Source of the DNA: Ostreococcus lucimarinus
Lineage: Eukaryota
Assembly (NCBI GenBank): GCA_000092065.1
Contig: CP000600.1
Direction: 5' to 3' (one strand)
DNA: 64,000 bases
Shown here: one piece after another, positions 58,575 through 64,000 of the stretch
Layout: the number at the start of each line of letters is the position of its first letter
Numbering within the stretch: position 1 is the stretch's first letter
Program-made: the position numbers and the translations under genes
The notes under the pieces: generated by a model
The model's input: the letters and a program-made list of their open reading frames with translations, nothing else
Told to the model about the DNA's origin: nothing
Databases searched by the model: none

Positions 58575-60722
58575 TTACAGTTTGGCTTCCATGTTCAACG
58601 ACTTGATGGACGAAGGCGTGATCGTCGCTTCCAGAGCGGCGATGATGAAAATATGGGCGACGAGAAACGAGGCGGCTGTCGCTAAACACGCCGCGGCGGT
58701 GTCGAGAACGCTCACGGGCGTCATCCAAAATTGCATGCTGCGGTAAAACGCCGTCATGATGCTCGGTCTAGAATACGTGATCATTCGCACGCTCGACCGT
58801 TTCGTCGTCGCGACTTCGACGATCTGTTCGTCTTCGTCGACTTCGTCTGCTTCTTCTTCGACCATTTCTTCGTCTTGCTCCGTCAAAACTTCCACTTCGT
58901 CGTCGTCATCGTCGTCGTCGATTTCCTCCTCCGACGTGTTCCCACTCGTCGGACTCGGAATATACGTGCGAAGTTCGAAACGCTTGGCGGGGGTAAAGTT
59001 CACCCCTTTCTTTTTCACAGATTTCGCCGCGGCGTGTCTCAGTGCGGATGGCGGCGGATTTTTCAGCGCCGATTGCAGCGCGCTTGCCGGCGACTGTCGT
59101 CGCACCTGCACTTTCGTGGGCGGCGTGACATTCTCCGTCTCTTCGATCGCCTTCGTACCTAAAATATCCAAAAGATACATCCGCGCATCGTCGTCGCAAA
59201 TGTACAGCACGTCGTCTCTGCCACCGTCGAGGAAGAGCTGAATCGTCGCGAATTCCGTCGACGTGATGCCCCACCGCGAGCCACCGTCGAGGATGCTCTC
59301 GTGAATCTCTTTCGCGCATTCCAAATTGATTCGACCGATGCGCTCCATGCAGTCATCTGCAATCTCACACGCCTTTTCGTCGTATCTCTGACGGTCGATG
59401 TAACGATAAAACTTGGGTCGAACGAGTTTCCTAACGTGCGCCAAAACTCCGCCGGCGGCGTTCCCGCGCGCTTCGCTTACAGCCGCGACCCGCTCGATTT
59501 CGGCGTCTTCTCGTTTACTCCGCTCATTCACGACTAAATCTTTGAGATACTTCATCGCCGCGGCGTCTGTGACGTATGAATAGTCAGCGCGACCGCCTTC
59601 GATGATCATCTCAATCGTGCGAAGCTCGATATCAGTGATGCCCCAATGCGAGCCGCCATCTTCGATGCTGGCGTGGATCGCTTTCGCGCACGCCAATCCG
59701 ATCTTGCCTTGAGTTTGCGTCGCGACATCGGCAATGTGACATGCGTTCTCGTCGTACTTGACCCCGTCAATCGTCCTATACTGCGCTTGGCGCGCGAAAT
59801 TACTCAGCCTCTGCAGTGCGGCGGCGACTTTTCGCCGCTTCACCGTCGGCAAGAGTATCTCTGGCCCGAGGCTCTCTTCGTCCGCAATCAACGCGCCCAG
59901 GTGCTTTCGCGCGGCTGCATCGACTTGGAACGTATAATGCCCATCCACGCCACCCTCTACGATCATTCGAAGCGTCTGCAATCCCGCAGGTGTGATTCCA
60001 TACCTCGACCCCGTCGCCTTGACACTCAGCTCCACAGCCCGCGCGCACATTGAATCTACCTTGCCCTTCTTCTTCAAGCTCTCATCCACGATCGCGCACG
60101 CCGCTCGATCATATGACACACCATCGATTACTCTCAACTCCTTCGACGTGCTCCGCGTGGTCGCCAAGGTCACGCGCCGCATCAGACGCTCCGTCACCGT
60201 CAATCGTCTTCGCTTCGCCGCGCGTTCGCCGCGCGGCGACGTCCCGCCCCGTCTCTCTCTCTCCTCCGACGCCGCTTCTTCCCCGTCCTCCACATCGCTC
60301 CCATCCTCAAATCGCGTCGACAAATTCCGTTTCGTGCCGCTCTTTCTCGCGCTACTTCGTTCTCCACCATCCTCGCCTTCGCCGAACGCGCTCGAAATTC
60401 GCGCCGTCAACCACCGCGCGGCGTCGTCCTCCACCTTCACCACGCCTCCAGCGCCCCTTCCGCCACCGTTCGCGATCGCCGTCAGCGTCGCCGCGACATT
60501 CGGTTCGCGGTTCGTTTTCGCGAGCTCCCACAGCGCCTCCGCGCGCTCGAGCGTGAGCGGGGACTTGGTTCTTTTCGATTTTTGTCCCGAAGTCAAGATT
60601 TGTAACAGACTCTGCACGACATCGTCGTTGTATTTCGGCGTCGACGGGCGTCCGCGCGCGGGCGACGCTTTGCGCGCGGGCGAGCGAGGGGTTTTACGCG
60701 TCGTCGGCGCGCGCGCGGGCAT
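58575..60722 (-). CDS. Hypothetical tail-anchored protein with three tandem copies of an unrecognised ~95-aa Cys-containing domain
   Basis: ATG at 60722. Basic N-terminus MPARAPTTRKTPRSPARKASPARGRPSTPK. Three repeats: (1) IDGVSYDRAACAIVDESLKKKGKVDSMCARAVELSVKATGSRYGITPAGLQTLRMIVEGGVDGHYTF; (2) IDGVKYDENACHIADVATQTQGKIGLACAKAIHASIEDGGSHWGITDIELRTIEMIIEGGRADYSY; (3) IDRQRYDEKACEIADDCMERIGRINLECAKEIHESILDGGSRWGITSTEFATIQLFLDGGRDDVLY. Acidic stretch EEEIDDDDDDDEVEV.... C-terminal hydrophobic TM (AAACLATAASFLVAHIFIIAALEA). Confidence 0.55.
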   Translation of the reverse strand: MPARAPTTRKTPRSPARKASPARGRPSTPKYNDDVVQSLLQILTSGQKSKRTKSPLTLERAEALWELAKTNREPNVAATLTAIANGGGRGAGGVVKVEDDAARWLTARISSAFGEGEDGGERSSARKSGTKRNLSTRFEDGSDVEDGEEAASEERERRGGTSPRGERAAKRRRLTVTERLMRRVTLATTRSTSKELRVIDGVSYDRAACAIVDESLKKKGKVDSMCARAVELSVKATGSRYGITPAGLQTLRMIVEGGVDGHYTFQVDAAARKHLGALIADEESLGPEILLPTVKRRKVAAALQRLSNFARQAQYRTIDGVKYDENACHIADVATQTQGKIGLACAKAIHASIEDGGSHWGITDIELRTIEMIIEGGRADYSYVTDAAAMKYLKDLVVNERSKREDAEIERVAAVSEARGNAAGGVLAHVRKLVRPKFYRYIDRQRYDEKACEIADDCMERIGRINLECAKEIHESILDGGSRWGITSTEFATIQLFLDGGRDDVLYICDDDARMYLLDILGTKAIEETENVTPPTKVQVRRQSPASALQSALKNPPPSALRHAAAKSVKKKGVNFTPAKRFELRTYIPSPTSGNTSEEEIDDDDDDDEVEVLTEQDEEMVEEEADEVDEDEQIVEVATTKRSSVRMITYSRPSIMTAFYRSMQFWMTPVSVLDTAAACLATAASFLVAHIFIIAALEATITPSSIKSLNMEAKL

Positions 60723-60880
60723 GACGGCGCGCGCGGCGCGGTGTGCGGGCGCGGATGTCGGTTGTCTGGCGCAAACGGACGTTTGAAAATTTCAGAAACT
60801 TGGAACGACTGATGAAATGTTTGTTGTCTCTAATTACGCGCTAAGACTACGAGGGTGACCCGGGACGACCTGGGCGGGAT

Positions 60881-62509
60881 TCAATCCGATGGACGGTGCC
60901 GAGCGCGACGGCGGTTGCTTTTGCGTCGCGCGCGCGCGTCGTCCGTCTTGCGCTCGGCGGCGACTTTTTCGGCGGAGAGCTCGTCTTCGTCCTTCCGGCG
61001 CTTGCGATCGAACGCGTGTCCGAGCGCGCCGTCGTCTAAATCGTTGGAGAGCGTGCTCGACTTATCGCGCGATCTGCACGTCGGGTTGCACATCAGTTCC
61101 CGGCAATCGTCGATGAGACGGATCGGTTTGTTCTCGAACACCCACTCGGCGAGCGCCCTGTGATGGGAGATACCGTCGATGACGATGCCATCGAAATCGG
61201 TGTGCATGTAGCACGACGGCGCGAACACGCCGGCGGTGGCGTGTGACATCGCAGGTTCGAGAACGCGACGCATCTGCGACTGCCATTCGTGCGCGAACGT
61301 GACTTGCTTGTGTCGCGTAAAGTCGCCGCCAAAATTGTCGTGCAACCGCATTACGACGGAATCTAGAAGCGCTTGCGAAAAGAATAAGGGCGTTCGCGTG
61401 TGAGGGAAGGAATAGTCCGCCACCATACATCTCCACGGTGCGTCCTGATTCACCTCGACGCACGCCTTGGGAAGGCTCTCGCTCGCGTGCCAATAGTCTA
61501 CGTACTGCTTGAACGAAGCCTCGTCCCACGGTACGTACTTGAGCGAATCATCGGCGGCGCCCTCCGTATCGTTATGAAAGTAATGAAACCCAGCAAACGG
61601 CGCACCGACGATTTTCACCGTGCTCCGCGCTATGGCGCTGAACTTTGTGCGAAGTAGTTCCGCCCACTGGTCCACTTGCGCGATCAAACCGATCCCCCCC
61701 GCGCTTCGGCCCGCCAAGACGATGACGTCCGCGTCCTCTATGTTGTACGCCCGGACGAGCTCTTGTAAAACAGCCTCGACGATGTGTGCGCCCGAGTGCC
61801 ACATCCCACTCGCATCAGCCTCGTCAGATCGCCCCATGTACACATCACCCGAGCAATACCCCACGGTGACCATGTTGGCTCGCGAAAACGGCAAATCTTC
61901 GCCGTCGTCGTCCGCCGTCACCGCCTGGATGCCTCGATCAAACACGATCTCGTCCGGCAACAGTTCACTCGATCCTCTTTCCGTCCCAGAGCGTTCGGAG
62001 CACTCTGGGGCGTTCGTGCACTCGCCACCGCCTTGCAACATCACGACCCACGTCTTAGACGTCGCGAACTCGCGCGCGCTTCCCGATCCCCCGCTCGAAT
62101 CTCCCGCGCGCGCGACGCTCCCCCGCTTCGCCGACGGATACTCGTCGTCTACGTTTCGCACGCGTATGGGCGCGAGATTGACGTAATACGCCCCAGGAGT
62201 CCCATCCAAGCACCTCGCCTTTGGATATCGCTCCATGTCCAATTCCATCTTCTCCGCCGTCAATCGCCGCACGCCGCTCAACCCCGACGTCGCCTCCCGC
62301 TCGTGATCCCTCGCCGCGTGCCTAACGCTCACGACGTCAAACAACTTATTCCCGATCGACGCGCCCGCCATCACGCACAGCGCCGTGGCCACCGTCAGCA
62401 AACCGACGCCCGCGCCGACGCTCCTCGTCGACGCCGGCTTCAGCGTCCGCGCGCGCGCGCGCTCGCGAATCGCCACCAAGTCGCGCTCCGCGCGCGCGAA
62501 CCGCGACAT
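60881..62509 (-). CDS. Pectin acetylesterase / Notum-family carbohydrate esterase homologue with N-terminal signal anchor
   Basis: First ATG at 62509 (MSRFARAERD...; the ORF-track start 62599 is TTG). TM VGAGVGLLTVATALCVMAGASIG. PAE-family blocks RCLDGTPGAYYV, WVVMLQGGGECTN, GYCSGDVYMG, active-site Ser region VIVLAGRSAGGIGLI. Confidence 0.75.
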   Translation of the reverse strand: MSRFARAERDLVAIRERARARTLKPASTRSVGAGVGLLTVATALCVMAGASIGNKLFDVVSVRHAARDHEREATSGLSGVRRLTAEKMELDMERYPKARCLDGTPGAYYVNLAPIRVRNVDDEYPSAKRGSVARAGDSSGGSGSAREFATSKTWVVMLQGGGECTNAPECSERSGTERGSSELLPDEIVFDRGIQAVTADDDGEDLPFSRANMVTVGYCSGDVYMGRSDEADASGMWHSGAHIVEAVLQELVRAYNIEDADVIVLAGRSAGGIGLIAQVDQWAELLRTKFSAIARSTVKIVGAPFAGFHYFHNDTEGAADDSLKYVPWDEASFKQYVDYWHASESLPKACVEVNQDAPWRCMVADYSFPHTRTPLFFSQALLDSVVMRLHDNFGGDFTRHKQVTFAHEWQSQMRRVLEPAMSHATAGVFAPSCYMHTDFDGIVIDGISHHRALAEWVFENKPIRLIDDCRELMCNPTCRSRDKSSTLSNDLDDGALGHAFDRKRRKDEDELSAEKVAAERKTDDARARRKSNRRRARHRPSD

Positions 62510-62772
62510 CGCGTCGATCGTCGCGTCGCGCGCGCGCGCTCGCGCCCGTTCGCTCGCGCGCGCGCGCGTCCACGAACGATCGTCGTCGCGCAACACCAAA
62601 CTTTAGTGTTGCGCCTTCGCTCGCGCGCGGCGCCGCGCGCGCGTCGACGCGGCGCGTCGCGCGCGACGCGCGCTGACTCGCGCGGCGCTCGCGACGCTCG
62701 CGCGCGGCGTCGGTCGCGCGCGTCGAGACGACGCGTCGCGCACTGGCGTCGCCACTCGCGGTCGCGCGTCGG

Positions 62773-63990
62773 ATGCCGAGCGAATCCTTCGCGAAGCGTT
62801 CGCACCGCGTCGTCGCGTCCTGGATCAAGACCTGCGCGCTCGCGTGCTTCCTGACGATCATGTCCGTCGTCGTCGGCGTCGCGAGCGCGCTCAGGGCGCC
62901 GCGCGTGCTGGACGAGGGGCGAACGCGTCGACCGTGGCGACATCGGCGCGGGATTCGAAGACACGAATTGCGCGCGCGCGTCGAGGCGGCGCGCGTCAGG
63001 GACGAAACGAACGAACAGAAGACGCATTTGTTCGTGTGCGTGCACGGATTGGCGGGAACGCCCGACGATCTGTGCGCGATGGAGGCGAGGTTGTTGTCGC
63101 AGCGAGGGGCGGCGACGCATCGAGTGACGTGCAACGCGCCGTTGAATTCGTTCGATGGCGTCGACGCGGGGGCGCGGAGGATCGTGGAAGAGCTGCGGGA
63201 GGTGAGGAAAAAGTACCCGGGGTTGCGGAGGTTGACGCTGTACGGGAACTCGTTGGGGGGGATTTATGCGAGGTACGTCGCGGGGTTGCTTTACGCGGAA
63301 TCGAAGGATGGAACGATGCTGGACGGGTTGACGCCGTGTACGTTTTTGACGACTGCGACGCCGCATTTGGGGGTGGGGCCGTGGGGGTACTTTAAGATCG
63401 TACCCGAAGGGGCGCGGAACTTGTGGGCACGGAATCTCGGGGCGAGCGTGGAGGAGTTGACGCTTCGAGACGGGCATCGACGCGCGAGCGGGCGGCCGCT
63501 GTTGGCGGACATGGCGGATCCAGAGACGAAGGATCCGGTGGACTTTATCGCCGCTTTAGGGGCGTTCGAGCGACGGTGCGCGTACGCAAACGCTGTGAAC
63601 GACTTTTTGGTGAGCTACGAGACCGCGGCGATTAGTCCGGAATATTTAGATTCCGAAACCGAACGACGATGGCGCACGCTCGAAAAGCCACAAATCGTCG
63701 AGGAGTACGTCGTCGAGGGTTCGCCGATGCCGCCGACGACGACGTCGACGTCGAGAGGGTGGAGAAAGGATAGTCTAGCGCTGCAGCGGCGCATGGCGAG
63801 TGGATTACGAACGTTGACGTGGAAGCACGTCAACGTGGCGTTTCCCGGGCCGACGCCGCTGGCGCACAACAAGATTTGCGCGTTGCAGCGAAGCGAAGTC
63901 ATCGAAAGGCTTTTCAAGGAGGGCGAGTTCATCGTCGATCATCAAGCGAGCTACCTACTCGAACCTCTTCGACGCCAGACTTCGAGTTGA
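62773..63990 (+). CDS. DUF676-type putative serine esterase (lipase-like alpha/beta hydrolase)
   Basis: ATG at 62773. N-terminal TM CALACFLTIMSVVVGVASAL. HLFVCVHGLAGTPDDLCAMEARL...RRLTLYGNSLGGIYARYVAGLL (G-x-S-x-G nucleophile elbow). Stop at 63988-90. Confidence 0.7.
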   Translation: MPSESFAKRSHRVVASWIKTCALACFLTIMSVVVGVASALRAPRVLDEGRTRRPWRHRRGIRRHELRARVEAARVRDETNEQKTHLFVCVHGLAGTPDDLCAMEARLLSQRGAATHRVTCNAPLNSFDGVDAGARRIVEELREVRKKYPGLRRLTLYGNSLGGIYARYVAGLLYAESKDGTMLDGLTPCTFLTTATPHLGVGPWGYFKIVPEGARNLWARNLGASVEELTLRDGHRRASGRPLLADMADPETKDPVDFIAALGAFERRCAYANAVNDFLVSYETAAISPEYLDSETERRWRTLEKPQIVEEYVVEGSPMPPTTTSTSRGWRKDSLALQRRMASGLRTLTWKHVNVAFPGPTPLAHNKICALQRSEVIERLFKEGEFIVDHQASYLLEPLRRQTSS

Positions 63991-64000
63991 ATGCGTTCGC

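Noticed and set aside
1-64000. Prokaryotic interpretations (operons, CRISPR arrays, IS elements, prophage).
   Set aside because: Spliceosomal introns with GT..AG and branch sites, eukaryote-specific genes (MCM4, SSRP1, CBP20, SmE, VPS53, UAP56, ELP4, Pol I A190), transit peptides and TGTAA poly(A) signals show this is nuclear DNA of a green alga. No direct-repeat/spacer arrays, terminal inverted repeats or transposase/integrase ORFs were seen.

Overview
This window is very GC-rich (~65-70%), gene-dense eukaryotic nuclear DNA, not a prokaryotic locus. There is roughly one protein-coding gene per 1.5 kb on both strands, with short intergenic spacers and a few short spliceosomal introns. Many products are nuclear-encoded proteins with Arg/Ala/Ser-rich N-termini that look like plastid transit peptides: SBPase, ClpC, Cpn20, an LHC, ribosomal L11, HPF/PSRP1, a CrtISO-like oxidoreductase and a VTE6/DUF92-like membrane protein. 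TGTAA-type poly(A) signals recur in the 3' UTRs. Together with base composition and compactness, this points to a Mamiellophyceae/prasinophyte green alga such as Micromonas; that is an inference, since no search was run. I can support about 37 protein-coding genes. They include an RNA polymerase I largest subunit (partial, running off the window start), CBP20, NTH1, EngB, a SMARCAL1-like SNF2 ATPase, MCM4, MMAB, SSRP1, PSMG3, HisRS, Pus10, LSG1, SmE, VPS53, UAP56, a cathepsin B-like protease, SCCPDH, ELP4, a pectin acetylesterase/Notum-like esterase, a DUF676 esterase and several hypothetical proteins. I found no rRNA or tRNA genes, CRISPR arrays or classical transposons. The main points of interest are listed here. 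(1) Nine or ten short introns, all near gene 5' ends, with GTGCGT/GTGAGT donors, an extended GACTGACG branch motif and shared internal sequence modules, which suggests an introner-element-like mobile intron family. (2) A dispersed short repeat, 'gacgcgaattcg(a/c)gaattc' plus (cgaccgcg)n, found in an intron, a promoter and a coding 5' end. (3) Several head-to-head gene pairs whose start codons are only 0-160 nt apart. (4) Unusual proteins: an N-myristoylation/palmitoylation-motif (MGC) pseudokinase, a tail-anchored protein with three copies of an unrecognised ~95-aa Cys-containing domain, a KDEL-terminated ankyrin protein, a type-II anchored cathepsin B, and an LHC with a 100-aa Lys/Ala/Pro-rich N-terminal extension plus a candidate 3' intron. 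(5) In-frame coding tandem repeats in ELP4 and other genes. Many long ORFs in the supplied track are antisense artefacts of GC-rich coding DNA. The track also treats GTG/TTG/CTG as starts, so I re-anchored gene starts to the first in-frame ATG.
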